Below, one piece after another: positions 10,638 to 24,165 of a stretch of DNA of 64,000 nt. Every line of letters begins with the position of its first letter. Position 1 is the stretch's first letter. Origin of the DNA: Microthyrium microscopicum (lineage: Eukaryota); assembly GCA_010405405.1 (NCBI GenBank), contig MU004231.1:3956884-4020883 (forward strand), in the 5' to 3' direction. The notes beneath the pieces were generated by a model, which worked only from the letters and a program-made list of their open reading frames with translations, was not told where the DNA came from and made no database searches. The translations under genes were made by a program, and so were the position numbers.

Positions 10638-12446
10638 ATGAACTCTGAACTACCGTTCAAGGAGGTATCTGTGGGATACACTACGACTACAAGTCAAGAT
10701 GAAGAAAGTGTTGTGAAAGAGTCTCCAGCGAACCCGGGAGCAGAGCCGACCACATTGCTCGGAGTTCGTATTTCTGTTCAGACTGTGCCTAAACCTTGCT
10801 GATCGTGTTCTGGAATAGCGATACATCAATTTGCCGTCCGTTATCAACTTTGAGCTTTGCACTCAAGCAGCCTGGGAGACCATTGCAATCACCTTCCAAT
10901 TCTCATTGCTCAATGGCGGTCCCGCTTCTATGGTTTATGGTGGCATCATTGCCGGGTTTGGAGCGAGTGCTGTCGCCATATCGTTGGCTGAAATGGCATC
11001 CATGTGAGTAGGGAAGAATCCTTCCGAACCTTATATGCTAATTGTCCCAGGGACCCGGCAGTCGGTGCACAGTACAGATGGTCTGCCAATTTTGCTCCGG
11101 CAGCTCCCAGATTTTGGGGTCTCATACAAGGCAAATTTCACTGCTAATTGTCTCGGCAAAATAGCTAACTCTTGTAGGATGGTTGACAGTAGCAGCATGG
11201 ATATTCACCACTGCAGCCGGTCCAGCTAGTCTCGCCAATATTGTTGAGGCTCTTATCATCTTCAACAATGATAGTTATGTGCCAGAACGGTGGCATGTAG
11301 CATTACTAATGTGGTTCTTCATACTGGTGCCATTCGTTCTTAACTTGTGGCTAAGAAAAGTTTTGAATGCCCTTGAATCACTAGGCGGCATCATACATGT
11401 TATATTCTTCATAGTTAACATTATTGTGCTTTCTGTACTGGCTCGCAGAAGCACTACCGATTTCGTGTTCAAGACTCTTACACACGACATAAGTGGGTGG
11501 ACAAATCCTGGGGTAGCATTTGGACTTGGCCTCTTAACTATGACTTTTCCACTCGGAGGTTGGTAATATCATATAGGTTCTTGAAGACCCTGCTAATCAT
11601 ATACTCAATAGGAGCGGATGGTATTCTGCACATGGCTGATGAAATCAAGTCGGTTCGAACTCGGATGCCGATTTCCATCATCTCAGCAACCGTGTCAAAT
11701 GCGATTCTTCAGTTTGCCTTCACCATATGCCTCCTATTCACCATTGGAGATGTTGACGCTGTGACGAACACTACCACTGGATTACCAATTGTCGAAGTCT
11801 ACTACCTTGCTACGGGATCAAAAGCTGCCTCTACCTTTTTAGTGGTTATGATGTTCATAGTTGTCCTGGTCGGCACCTCCAACAGCTTTGCATCAGTAAC
11901 ACGACTTACATGGTCCTTTGCGCGAGACAAGGGCCTCCCATTCTCCAGCTTCTTCTCGCAGGTAAGTTATGTCCGACAAATGATCTTCCGTTCCGTTCTC
12001 ACAAGATCTAGTTACATCCCAAGTTCCATATCCCGTTCAACTCTCTGGCACTGATCTCGTTTATCTGCTTTATTCTCTCACTGATCTACATTGGCTCGTC
12101 CACTGCGTACAACGCTATCATATCCCTTTCTGCCATGGGTTTACACATCTCCTACTTTTTCCCAATCTTCTTCTTTTCTTTGCGCAAGATACGCGGCCCG
12201 CGTCTGGCGTTTGGACCATTTAGCTTGCCTCGGTGGGGTCTTCCTATCAATCTCTTTGCGCTATCGTACTTGATTTTCGTCATCATTTGGATGCCGTTCC
12301 CTGCCGTACGACCAGTTACGGGAGAGACGATGAATTATGCAGGTCCACTGTTTGGGGCCATTGTACTAGGCGCATTGTTGGATTGGTTTATAAGTGGAAG
12401 AAAGCGATTCCAGATCCCCGTTGCAAGACGTATCGCAGAGGACTAA
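10638..12446 (+). CDS. Amino acid/choline (APC superfamily, HNM1/UGA4-like) permease; about five introns
   Basis: Spliced exons give LLNGGPASMVYG, SLAEMASM, GAQYRWS, HMADEIK and RLTWSFARDKGLPFS, with many transmembrane segments. Introns at approximately 10764-10818, 11004-11050, 11131-11177, 11559-11611 and 11962-12011. Confidence 0.9.
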
Positions 12447-12662
12447 TTACATCTACCTAAGTTATAGAGCCTTCATAGAGTGATACTCTGGAGACGCACT
12501 AATGAAAGTATTTCCCAAAAACTTGAAAGCACGATTGCACATGTACTGGCACCAAGCAATATCGGTGTCTTGAATTCGTATATCAAATGGTTGCAATTCA
12601 GCAAGAGATACCATAACTTTGGGAGTAGGATCATAACGAAAACTGTAAAAACCCAAACACCA

Positions 12663-14285
12663 TCACTTCTTCGGAAACGGACTCGACCCATACGCAACCA
12701 CCTTCTTCGCCTTCTTGATACCATAGTCCCGTCCCTTCAAGAACCACACCGCCAAACCTGGCAACTTATAATCATACAGTACACCCACTCCTCCCCATCG
12801 CGTAATCGGACACAACTCCGTCACCCGTTCATCCGGCTCAAACCACACATCCTGCAACGCCTCCAACTTATCCTCCCCTCCCCCATACGGATTCTGGACC
12901 CGAATTTCCCACTCCCACAAATCATTCCGTAGATTATGCAGCAGCACCGGCACCGCGGCCCACACATCCAGAATATTCTTGCGATCGTATGCACAACAGC
13001 TACCGATCGCATAAACGCGGTCGCCAGCCCGCGGCACACGCATAAACTGCGGCTCCACGACGACATAACCTGTCGCATCAAGTAGATTCTCTGGCAAAAA
13101 AGCCGTATTGGGCGAGGTCCCTGTCGCCGCAATGAACAGATCGCACGAGATCGTCAACTCATCTGACAGCACACAGCGTGTGTTGCGTGACGGAAGTTCT
13201 TGTGCGGAAATTAGTCGGACGTTGTGCATGATATGTACGCCCAATGCTTTCAGCATTTTCTCTGCCTTTTCGCCTAGATCCTCATCAAGGTTTGGCAGTA
13301 GTCGTTCCGAGCCGGAGATAAGCGTGATATTTAGCGGTTCTGTGTTCGGCTTGTTAGTTCCATCGGGTGTGGCTGCGGCGGCAGGCGCATTGTCCTTGCG
13401 TATAAGCGAGTGCAGTTTATTGCAGACTGATTGCTTTGGGTTCGAACCGGGTGCTTTCTTGCGTTTGGCGCGGTTCACGAATGTGGCGATTTGGCCTGCA
13501 CATTCGACGCCGGATGCACCGCCGCCGACAATGATGATGCTAGATGCTGTGACGAGACCGGCGCGGAACGTATCGAGGGCCTCGATTGTGCGTTCATGCT
13601 GGCCATGCAGGCTCAAGAGATCCGAATGTGCGGCCGAGCCGGTGGCAATGATGAGGGCATGAAAGTCCAACACTTTTGGACCTGGAGGTTCTTCGACTTT
13701 GGTGGTGAAAGCTTTTGCGGCTGGCCCAGAGTTTGGGATCACGTCAATGTCGATAGTGCGCTGGTGAAAGTCGACGCTGATAGCCTCGCCTTGGATGAAT
13801 TCGAATACTTCTTCGGGATACATTTCGAAGGAGGGAAGGAAGGGGACGAATGCCCGTTTGTTGGGACAGAGTTTGGCGGAACATATTGCACGTGGCCCGG
13901 CAATGTTCCAGTAGAGATGTGTGTTTGGCGCTACTAGTATTACTTTATATTTGGGTGATGTTTTTGTTGTGCCGAGTGTATGTATGATTTTCTGGAGGAA
14001 TTGATGGGCGACTGACAGCCTGTGAGTAGTGAGTAAAGTTACAAGCTTTTATTAGTACTTGTAGGGAAGATTCCTGGTTATGTCGCAATGTAAAGCTTTC
14101 GTATGAATCGTCAAGGACAGCCATCCGGCGCAAACACTGCACCCACAAGGACAGAAATGTGATTTCATGCAAGTTTCTTCCTCATGGGTAGCATTTGGTG
14201 GTGACAAGAATATTTATGGAAATACTTACCCAGCATATGATCCTCCGAGAATAACAATTTTTGCTGGTCCGCGAGCTGGCTTCAT
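12663..14285 (-). CDS. AIF/AMID-like FAD-dependent pyridine nucleotide-disulfide oxidoreductase
   Basis: Exon 1 MKPARGPAKIVILGGSYAG is joined across intron 14020-14229 to LSVAHQFL...HLYWNIAGPRA. Also HALIIATGS, IIIVGGGASGVECAG and RVYAIGS motifs. Confidence 0.88.
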
Positions 14286-16596
14286 TCTCAATCGCCTTGC
14301 TGTAAAGCTTCATGCAACGCGACATGGCAAGAAGATGGAGATTTGGTCTTTTGAGAATTGAAGTTCATTCTTCTAAAGATACACTAAGCCATTAATGAGA
14401 GGAATGAGGAATGCAAGGAGTCATTCCAGACTCTTTGTTGATAACCCTGAAGCTTTTTTCACCAAAACCGAGAACAGACAAAGTTTGAATCATCAGAAGC
14501 TTAATTTTGCCTTTGGTTGCAAGCCCCAATCGAATCTAGAAACCAATCGCTCTAGTTGCAAACACCGAAAAGCCAGAAATCCAAAATCAGGTGGTCTATA
14601 GTCGCAAGGATATGATCGCACTGCAAGGAGGTTGTTGAGCGGTATTCGTGTACAAGAACGCTGACTGTGACAGTTGCTGGCTATGTAGCCGATTCCAAAC
14701 CCCACATTTTATCTAAACGTAAGCTATCAGTTATTTAAGCCCTCAAAAATCGAAAATACGAGAGTGTACTGACCTTCCGAAACTCCGTTGGACGAGGCAA
14801 TTCCACTATAGTTGTGCTAGACATATGAAACCACCTTCCCCACGTTAGCGCAGGAATTCAGGACAGGAAGTCGGCCTTACCATTGTGCTATTAGGTTGAA
14901 AATTCTTTTGAACCGGACTTGGCGGTGGTTGAGGAGGCAGTGGTTTGGGGGATGGTGGGTCCTCCGCTTCAAGCTGTCTAGCTGAAGTTTTGATGATCAA
15001 ATGGCACGGTTTGGCCTGATCGTGTTTCCGGTTGGGTCGTCGTGTTTGATAGATACTCGAAGCCATGGTTGGTGTTGTTTGAGCAATAGTTGATGCGCTC
15101 AGATTGGGGGTTATTGTGTACACGGAGATGGATGGAAAGGAGGACGGTGGAACTGAATATTTTTGAATCTAATTGTGTGAGACTGAAGGGCGGCGGGAGT
15201 TTGTTCAGTTGGGAGACCAGGCGAAGATTTGAGTCCAGGAACTAGACTTAAGTACACGCTGGACGCCGCTACTGAATTGAGTAATTGAGTTGTTGAGGCA
15301 TGGAAGTTGCCGGATTGATGCCATAGGAGGACAAACAGAAGCGGATAGGAAATGCCAGATATGGACAATTACAGCGAATATCAAGATGTCAAGAGGAGAC
15401 AGTGCAATGATGCAAAGGGAAACAAGACGGAAAGAAGCTTCAAATTGAGCAAGAGGGAGCACAAACAACATGATACCGATGGTTTCAAAAGTGGGTACTC
15501 CATAGCAATACAGTTAGGTATTGGGTTTTGCTTATTGGTCAGGTTTGATGTTCTGATCAACGAGATTCCTGCTGAATGATTCTTACATCTCGCGATCTTG
15601 ATGCGATAAGACTACGGGAAAAGACGCAGGCGTGTTAGTTTTCTCTTCAACAATTCAGCAGTCGATACGAAGTCTCGCCTTAAAGCAGCGTCATCCTGAA
15701 GCGAACGAGGCGAAGAACAAGTCATCTTTCAGAGGCCGCCCATTCAACTAGTGGAGTCGCGATAGAGTGTTGGCATGAAGTTGATGCCCAAGTTATATCA
15801 CAACCGTTTGCTCGTGAAATCCATGATATCGGGTAGGTGCCGACCAGGCAATCGGATTGACAAACACGGGGATTAAGCGGAACATGTCTCGCGGAGACAC
15901 GGAATTGTGGGTGAAGGTAATGTTGGGCAGCCAATGGAAGGCTTTAGGAAGATTGACGGCAATGGAAGACTCGCATGAAAACCTAGGCTTGTATTTCGTG
16001 CTGATAAGTAGGATCGTAAAGGTGGATGTGACGAAGCACAGAGAGACACGTCGAACGAGAGCTAGAGCCTTGCTTGTTGGCAGTTTTGAGGCTGGTAAGA
16101 GGTGGAAGCGGATAGTAATTGATAGAGGTAGGATGATTCATAAGGTCACTGCAGCTTGATAACAAAAAATGAAGTGTATATTTTCGCTTTCGACTGGGTG
16201 AAGTTGATGTTGTAGAATCAGAAGTTCAGTACACATCCATGCTTCAAATGTTCTTTGAGAGATTTCGGTCCGACACTTCGGCCCGAAAGCAGCAACTTGC
16301 ACCCATTGAAGTGAGTGCCAAGCATCAGAGCTTCAACATTCAACATTCAACTTGAACTTTCGCCGATCAACCCTTCATCTTCTCCATATCCCTCAACACA
16401 ATCATCTACCTCTGACACTTACGCACGCCAGTTGTCATATCGCCCTGCTTGCTTCTTGGACATGACAGCCCTCAACTAGCCGGAAACTATTCCACAACCC
16501 CGGATTCTCTCCACCTCTTCTCGCCTTTCGGCGCGTTCGGCGACGCCGCGAATTGTCACATCTCTCGAATCGGTACAACGCTGCGCCCCGTCGACC

Positions 16597-17961
16597 ATGT
16601 CATCCTTGTGGAATCCAGATAACATACGAGATGTCGGTGAGTCGGTTGGGCTTGGGCATCTTAACAAGGACGTTGTCGAACACTTGGCACGCGACGTTGA
16701 CTATCGAATTGCCCAAGTATTGGAGCAATCCCTCAAGTTCATGAGGCAATCCAAACGGACTACCTTGCACACTTTTGACATATCACAAGCGCTTAGAGCT
16801 CTGGATATCGAACCACTTTTCGGGTATGAGTCGACCCGGCCTTTACGGTTTGGAGAAGCATCACTTGGTCCAGGCCAGCCACTTTACTACTTGGAAGATG
16901 AGGAAGTCGATTTTGAAAGGCTGATAAATGCACCCCTCCCAAAGGTTCCCCGAGAAGTGACATATACGGCGCATTGGCTCGCTCTAGAAGGTGTTCAGCC
17001 ATCCATAGCGCAAAATCCGGCCGCTACTGATTCTAGACACCAAGAATTATTACCCAAGGGCCCAAATGCAAACCCAAACCTCGCAGCTGTAAGCGGTCAA
17101 GATGGAGCCTCGGTAAAGCCGCTTGTGAAACATATCCTGTCATCGGAAATCCAGCTCTACTTTGAGCGCATAACTACGGCAATATTAGACGAGAACAGTG
17201 AAGAGACCCGCAACGCTGCATTCAACTCCTTGCGAACCGATCCTGGATTGCACCAATTAGTCCCATACTTTGTCCAGTTTGTTGCTGACAAGGTTACACA
17301 TCACACCAAAGACCTCTTCACTCTACGACAAATGCTTCAACTTACACACGCCCTGCTTCAAAACACAACCCTCTACATTGAACCTTATATTGGAGCAATG
17401 GTTCCTTCAGTGCTCACTTGCCTGGTAGGAAAACAAATTGGAAGTGCTCAGGACCCGATTAGCAAATTTGAAGTCCGAGATCTGGCTGCGTCACTAATCA
17501 TCGAGATTGCGCGCAAACATTCCAAATCATCGACTACTCTCAAAGCGCGATTGGCGCGTACACTCCTCAAAGCGTTCCTGGATCCTAATAGATCCTTGGG
17601 AGCACATTATGGTGCTTTGATGGCCCTGCATGGTATTATTGGTACTGACGGGATCAATTTGACAATACTACCAAATCTCAAGACGTATGATTCTCTGCTG
17701 GTGGAAGGACTGAATGATGAGAACAAGAAAGAGGAAGCTGGAATGGTGGTTCTCGCAATTCTACGACTGATTGATCTCTGTGCTCGGGATTTGCCAGGTG
17801 CCCATGGAATGAATGGCATATCAAATGGAGATTCGGATCTCAAACAGTCGTTGGAGGCCAGGGTCGGATCAGTGATTGCTACAAAGCTGGTGGAATTGTC
17901 ACAGAAGGGTGATATCTTGTCGATAAAACTGGCACAGCAGATTGAACCTGCAGAAACATGA
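16597..17961 (+). CDS. TAF6: TFIID/SAGA subunit TAF6
   Basis: N-terminal histone H4-like fold (LARDVDYRIAQVLEQSLKFMRQSKRTTL), TAHWLALEGVQPSI, and LRTDPGLHQLVPYF in the HEAT region. Confidence 0.96.
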   Translation: MSSLWNPDNIRDVGESVGLGHLNKDVVEHLARDVDYRIAQVLEQSLKFMRQSKRTTLHTFDISQALRALDIEPLFGYESTRPLRFGEASLGPGQPLYYLEDEEVDFERLINAPLPKVPREVTYTAHWLALEGVQPSIAQNPAATDSRHQELLPKGPNANPNLAAVSGQDGASVKPLVKHILSSEIQLYFERITTAILDENSEETRNAAFNSLRTDPGLHQLVPYFVQFVADKVTHHTKDLFTLRQMLQLTHALLQNTTLYIEPYIGAMVPSVLTCLVGKQIGSAQDPISKFEVRDLAASLIIEIARKHSKSSTTLKARLARTLLKAFLDPNRSLGAHYGALMALHGIIGTDGINLTILPNLKTYDSLLVEGLNDENKKEEAGMVVLAILRLIDLCARDLPGAHGMNGISNGDSDLKQSLEARVGSVIATKLVELSQKGDILSIKLAQQIEPAET

Positions 17962-19252
17962 CGAGGTTGTTTTGGTGTTATGGTTGGAAAATAGATATCC
18001 CACATGTCAGGCACATTTTTTTAATGCATGTTAATGAAGGAATTGACAACTCATGAGTTTAATCTGTGAATGATGTGGTATAAATTGCATCAATTGCAAT
18101 TGATGAGTTGTTTGACCAACGCTTTGGGCTGTGCTCAAGATCTCTTCGCTTTCTCCTCCGAGTGTTTAGATTCTCCACACTCTTTTGTCTTTGAGCAAGT
18201 CCACAACAGCTGTCAGACCATGGTTCATGGCCAGATTGGGCTGCATGATGGACGCCGGATCAATGATGGCAGCGAATGCAAGACACGATAGCCAATCGAT
18301 TAAACATTGAGCTAAGCCCGGCCTAGCGGGTGGTTCCTTCCTTGTTGCATGATGCCTCATGAACCAAAGGCAAGTGCGATGCAGCCTTGACGCGCGCTTC
18401 AAGACCGTTGTTTCCTTCCTAGACGACAGCACCACCAAGTAAACTGCAACACCTACAATCTCTATACTCATAGGAGGGTTCTAGGATTCGAGACACGGTG
18501 AGGTTACCACTAAAGAATAATTTCGATCGTAGCTAGCACTTGGGTCAGTGTTCACACGGTGTGTACACGGTTCAATCGCCGTCATTACTGCCTTGTTCGC
18601 GTGGTTCTTGCCAAAAGAGCGCGGTCAGGGTGGGCACACGGTGAGAGTACCACTTTTTGGATCCCGCAGACCACGTATGAGTAGTTTGCATCTTTTTCAA
18701 CTTCTCCCAAAGTATTATTATTTCTATCCGCATCGCACTCTGCGAGGTGGCACTGTCAGCGTGACCTTTTCCGCAACGCAACATCACGGGCCCAAAACAC
18801 GCCACACGCGTCGGTTTCCATGGAGACAGCTTGCGCATTGACAACATCAGGGGCATCCAGCAACCAAACTTGATCCCGCCACAACCACCTTCAAGCTTCG
18901 CCTGAAAAACCAACCAAAGTCCCGCTCACAGGGTTCTGGGATTCCTTCTTCTTGATCACTGGTGAATTTACTGCTGGCCCTGTCTTCTAAAATTCCTCTT
19001 GCATTGAGCTTGCTTCGGCCCAAGTCTGCATTGAAGACGACAACCACCTCACGACAGCAATTCATCCCAGCTCATCCTCCATTGTTCAGACGTTGCATTG
19101 CCATTGAGACATATCGCATTGCATTACGCTACTACTCCTTTGTTCCTGACTCGAAAGCAACCCCAATTTAGGTCACAGGAACCGGACTCTACCATTATCT
19201 CAGTCCGGCAGCCATCATCGAATAAAGTCATATACCTTTGTCGACCTTTGCA

Positions 19253-21636
19253 ATGGCTGACAACTATACCATGCTCGAAGAGCTCGGAAGTGGGAGTTTT
19301 GGGGTCGTATACAAAGCTAAAGACAAGACTACAGGAGAACTAGTCGCTATCAAACATGTTTGTCTCACCCCCACCTCTCAAATATAGCTGAGCCTAACAA
19401 TTCACAGATCGATCTCGAAGGTAGTGATGACGATATCAGAGAAATACAACAAGAAATCTCCTTACTGAGTACATGTGCGAGTCAATATGTTACTCAATAC
19501 AAAGCCAGCTTTGTACGTGGAGTGAAGCTATGGATTGTCATGGAATACCTGGGTGGTGGTTCATGTTTAGATCTGGTATGTCCTTCATTGTCCTCCGGTT
19601 CTGATGTAGTCTTAACCGTTGTATAGCTCAAACCCGGCGCTTTTCCCGAATCGCATATTGCTGTCGTATGCCGCGAACTCCTTCAAGGTCTTGACTACCT
19701 TCACCAATCTGGCAAAATCCATCGGGATATCAAAGCTGCCAACGTTCTTTTATCACATACCGGTCGCGTAAAAATTGCTGATTTCGGCGTCGCAGCCCAA
19801 TTGACAAACATCAAATCACAGCGAATGACATTTGTGGGAACACCATTCTGGATGGCCCCAGAAGTTATTCAAGAATCTGGATATGATTTCAAGGCAGACA
19901 TTTGGTCATTGGGGATTACAGCTATGGAAATGGCAAACGCGGAACCTCCAAATGCTGCCATTCATCCCATGAAGGTCCTATTCCACATTCCCAAGAACCC
20001 TCCTCCTCGACTCGAAGGGCCTTTTACAAAGGATTTCAAGGATTTCATCGCGCAGTGTTTGGTGAAAGATCCTGACAGGCGCCCTACGGCCAAGGAACTT
20101 CTGAAGCACCGCTTCATTCGAAATGCGGGACGGATTGATATTTTGCAAGACCTGATCCGTCGATCACGACGGTGGGACGCCAGGGAGGATAAGAATGCGC
20201 ACCCCAAGTACTATGAGGAGACATTGAAAGACCTGTCCCCCCAAGTTGAGCAAGAAGAATGGATCTTTGACACAGTCAAGCCGGCTGCTCCTGCTCATGC
20301 CACTATCAAGCGACGGAGACTAGAAAGAATACCATCCGATGCCTCCGATTGCACCAACCCGTACGCCAGTATAGCCCCTGGTACCCGTTTACGTGAATTG
20401 GATCCTCAGGAAGCACCGCTCCACAGCGAGTCTCCTGCTCCCAAGCCTGTATCGAGGAAGAGTGGTGGTGGAGACAGAAGACGGTCATCTGGTATGCGCA
20501 AGACTTCTGGTCAAAACTCCACACGACGAGTCAGTGGGAATAAGACTCCCCTGGGACTGGATATGTCATTTGGCAACTCACCATCGACTGTTCGTCAATT
20601 CCGACGTGTGTCATCTGGCGGTCATGCCAAGCAGTCGGAACAACCTGAAGAGATACCTGTACTTGAAGACATGACAGAGTGTAGGCCACCTCGTCAGCCT
20701 CTATCAAAAACACCCTCTTCAGCATCGACTCTGGTTGGTGATGAAAATGCTCCTCCTACACGCAACAATCCACAAGCCCGCAGTCCGTCAAAACAGAAGC
20801 AAGGCGCACAAAGAGTCAGTATGAGCCAGGCAGAATCACAACCACCAATCCCGATCGTACCGATAGCAGTTACCAAAGAGTCGCTCCTAGGACGACGCGC
20901 TTATACCAAGGTCATTGACTCAGCCATCAGTGAGAACTTAGCTCAGACAGCCGAATCAGGCAAACGCGAAGCCCTCGCTCGTCTTGCAACCTCCTGGCAA
21001 GTTCTAGACCGCGTTGACCCCGAAGGAGAATTCCTTTTCCTCCGCAGTCTTATTGACGGTCTCCGCGAAGAGCCCAAGCTCGCCGCGGCACTCGGTCTCT
21101 CTCCTGCATCGAAACCTGATCTTGGTATAAGCACCAGCGGTCTCGGCCTTATCAGCGCAAACTCAAGCTTTGCTAGCGGCATCACCATGGTTGACACACC
21201 CGTCTCCATCCCGTCCACACCCACCAAACAGCCCGCACACTCCCGCTCTCCATCAAAACCATCTAACGCGCGCTCGCCCTCGAAACCATCGACAGCTATG
21301 CCACCACCTCCTCCACCGTCACAACCGCGACACGCACGCAACTCCTCGCACCAACCATTCAATCAACCATCCGCCGCAAAGGTCAGCCCACCATCAACGA
21401 ACCACAGTCCGGCAAAACCGCGTCTCGTGCTGGCGCAGAATAACCCACATCTCAAATCACATCATCGCCGTCGTCAAAGCGCCATAGTTGGCGGTGCGAT
21501 TGACGTGGAACGACTAGAAGAACATGAAAACCTCATATCTTCTTTTGCGCCACACAGCGATGCCAACGGGCTCACAGATGTCCTCTATGGGCGCTGGGTG
21601 GAAGGTCTAAAAAGTCGATGGGGCATGGCTGGGTGA
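19253..21636 (+). CDS. sid1: STE20/GCK-family Ser/Thr kinase, Sid1/SepL-like
   Basis: [22 protein letters not shown]...VAIKH, intron 19358-19407, [17 protein letters not shown], intron 19576-19626, then [14 protein letters not shown] and [11 protein letters not shown], followed by a long S/P-rich tail. The ortholog name comes from recalled similarity. Confidence 0.88.
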
Positions 21637-22306
21637 AGAGTAGTGTGTGTACACGATTAAAAGTTATTTGTCCTTGTTTCCATGCATACGGATACATTTG
21701 CTGGTCAAAAATGGCCAAAGCGCATTTTCTTGAGGCGTCTTGCATTGCAGAGCCAGTTTTCTTCTCGGCGCCATAAAGTTCAAGCTTGTTTTTTGTCAGT
21801 GTCTGTCTCCAGAGGTGGAGATAGCTCGAGGATGGTTGGGAGCTTTCTTGTTGATGTAGACTTACGTTTAGATGCTGATGTCGTGGGTGGTCTTGGGGTG
21901 GCGTCTTGGTTCTGGGCGGTTGGGGCCTGTGTGAATAGTAGTAGTGTAATAACAAGGCTGACATATTACTTGACTTTACCTTGCTCTGATTATGTGGTTG
22001 CAACATTTGATCTTATACCAAATTCCTCAATTACTCCCGGCATCAACGCGGGGGTCGAATTACGGAAACCAGGGGGCTATCGAGCACAATGGCGTTCGAA
22101 TTGTTACTTTTGGTCGCTGGTGTTGGTCCATACCTCTTACATCTCAGGAGTCATGAGTTAGAACTGCAGTATTTTCCGTCTCGCTAGCTTATCAACAAAA
22201 GGCTCTAATCAATCAACACTGCAGCGTCAATTTCACTTCGTTACGTCTATGTATCTCAATTTGCCGTAACAGTATTCAGGAAACGCGTTAGTTACATTCA
22301 GAAGCC

Positions 22307-23659
22307 ATGACCGAGTCTCAGAAAGATCTCGCGCTGGGCGTCGAGATACCTGACATTGAGGTTACTAGTGGCCACAATTTTATCAAATACACCTGCAATG
22401 GACGAGGACTTGCAACTGATGGAGCTTACTTTCAGGCTGACTTATCAGATTTCCTTCCTGTCATACGCAAAAATCCGCAAGCCAACAAGACCTATTCCAG
22501 CCTCTCACATAAACGGGACCGTGCTTGGTGGCGCGCCCAATGCTCCTTTCGTGGCCTTCCAATTCGGGGTAACATCACAGAAATGCAAGCGCGGCTAAGA
22601 GCTGGGCCGACTTCCATGACCAGCGAGCTTGTCAAGTTGGAGGAAAAGTCCAAAGCCGGATGGAACGCCAAAGCGGAAGTACTTCGCGCAGAGGCACGAC
22701 AGAAACGTCAGGAACAAGAGCATTTGGAAGAACAGAAACGTATCGCGGAGGAGCGAAATCTTCTTAAAGTCTGTACGGATCGCTTGAAGGCCATCTTCGG
22801 CCCTGAAACAAGAGAGGGACATGTGTTCAAGGAGAATTGTCGTGGCGTCGATAAAGCAGCAAAGAGTCTGGGGCTTCATTTCAAGTGGATTGCTGCACCA
22901 GCGGTTTCTGGAGACTTGGACTGGGAAGCTGAATGGATCATCGTTGCGCCAAGTTCAGACCGAGTGGATATCACGGACTTCGCTGTCCAAAAATGGGCAG
23001 ACAATAGGAATTACTGTCAATTGCAAGCCCATTTACTGCTAGTGGAGGGGAGACAAATTGCAGCTCTAGCCTCAGAAGCGAAAAGAAGCTCCTTGGCTGC
23101 TGCTCATGCTGCCATTTCCGTTATGGACGGGGACTGGGATATTACCGGTATATGGAAGATAAATTGCAGTGATTCGGGCTACGAAGATGAGCTACAAAGT
23201 GATCAGTTGAGTCTCCGAATACACCGGATTACTGGAACCAAAGTGTCGCAGTTGTTTGCAGAATTTGACTTTGGACTCTTCAATGGCTTTTTCCGGTTTG
23301 AGGATCCTGGGACACATGCAATTTCAAAGCACGATATATGGGACAAACGCGAGAGGCTGGCATGGGATCGATATCTCATCCCGCTAAAGACGAAGCCATC
23401 GCATAGGTTTCCAGACTGGAGATTTCGCTGGAAAGGTAGGGGGGATCCGGAGGCAACTATTGAATACGATCCCGAGCAGAACGATTGCTCGATGAGATTT
23501 GGCGAAGAAGGAGGTGTGTTGTCGGGAACCTTTGAATATAATTCTACCCGCATCAATTTTGCTGGTGCAAAGATTGGGACCATCAGTGATGCTGAGACAG
23601 CAGCGATATCTATCGACCGAGAGTGGAACTCCTATAACAACACCGAACATGACACTTAG
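22307..23659 (+). CDS. Hypothetical protein (450 aa): WWRAQCSFRGL N-terminal motif, central coiled coil, beta-rich C-terminal domain
   Basis: Long intronless ORF. The WDITGIWKI...FAEFDFG...FRWKGR pattern resembles an uncharacterised fungal family. Confidence 0.75.
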   Translation: MTESQKDLALGVEIPDIEVTSGHNFIKYTCNGRGLATDGAYFQADLSDFLPVIRKNPQANKTYSSLSHKRDRAWWRAQCSFRGLPIRGNITEMQARLRAGPTSMTSELVKLEEKSKAGWNAKAEVLRAEARQKRQEQEHLEEQKRIAEERNLLKVCTDRLKAIFGPETREGHVFKENCRGVDKAAKSLGLHFKWIAAPAVSGDLDWEAEWIIVAPSSDRVDITDFAVQKWADNRNYCQLQAHLLLVEGRQIAALASEAKRSSLAAAHAAISVMDGDWDITGIWKINCSDSGYEDELQSDQLSLRIHRITGTKVSQLFAEFDFGLFNGFFRFEDPGTHAISKHDIWDKRERLAWDRYLIPLKTKPSHRFPDWRFRWKGRGDPEATIEYDPEQNDCSMRFGEEGGVLSGTFEYNSTRINFAGAKIGTISDAETAAISIDREWNSYNNTEHDT

Positions 23660-24165
23660 GCAATCCAACATAGAGGATTCAACGTTATCTTAGAGTTTTG
23701 CTCTATGCCGGAACCTGCTCATCCAGTGGCTGTTTGCACATATGCCACTTGACAGCAGCAACCAGATCAAGGCCATCATTGCGAAAAGGCCTGTCAGCAA
23801 GGAAGAAACTTGGCTATGGAGTAGAAGTTCCCGCGATATCTTCTTGCTGCAGCAAGGCTGATCACTACGTCCTTGCGAAGACGATGTGAGCTACAAAGCA
23901 AAGTGCGCCAGATACGCATGATGATTCAAGAGTTAAGAACAAACCATAGATCTGAGGTTATTTGCGGTAAACCATTGCATTGGATATAATTGACACTTTC
24001 TCTTTTTGTTATAGCAATAACTTGAAGTAGATCCCCTTTTTTGACTGATATGATCAACTTTAAAGCCGTACATGATATAAGGCCTTAACGTAGGCTTGTC
24101 AAGTGCTTCAAAGCCTACAGAAAGTTATCTCGCTCGAGAAGAGGGACATGACACTACATTAAGCC

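Noticed and set aside
14845..15123. Pro-rich minus-strand ORF with a GTAAGG donor, as a possible first exon of the AMID-like gene
   Set aside because: The donor phase does not fit the nearest acceptor before ATG 14285; it may be UTR or a uORF, and I cannot support it as coding.
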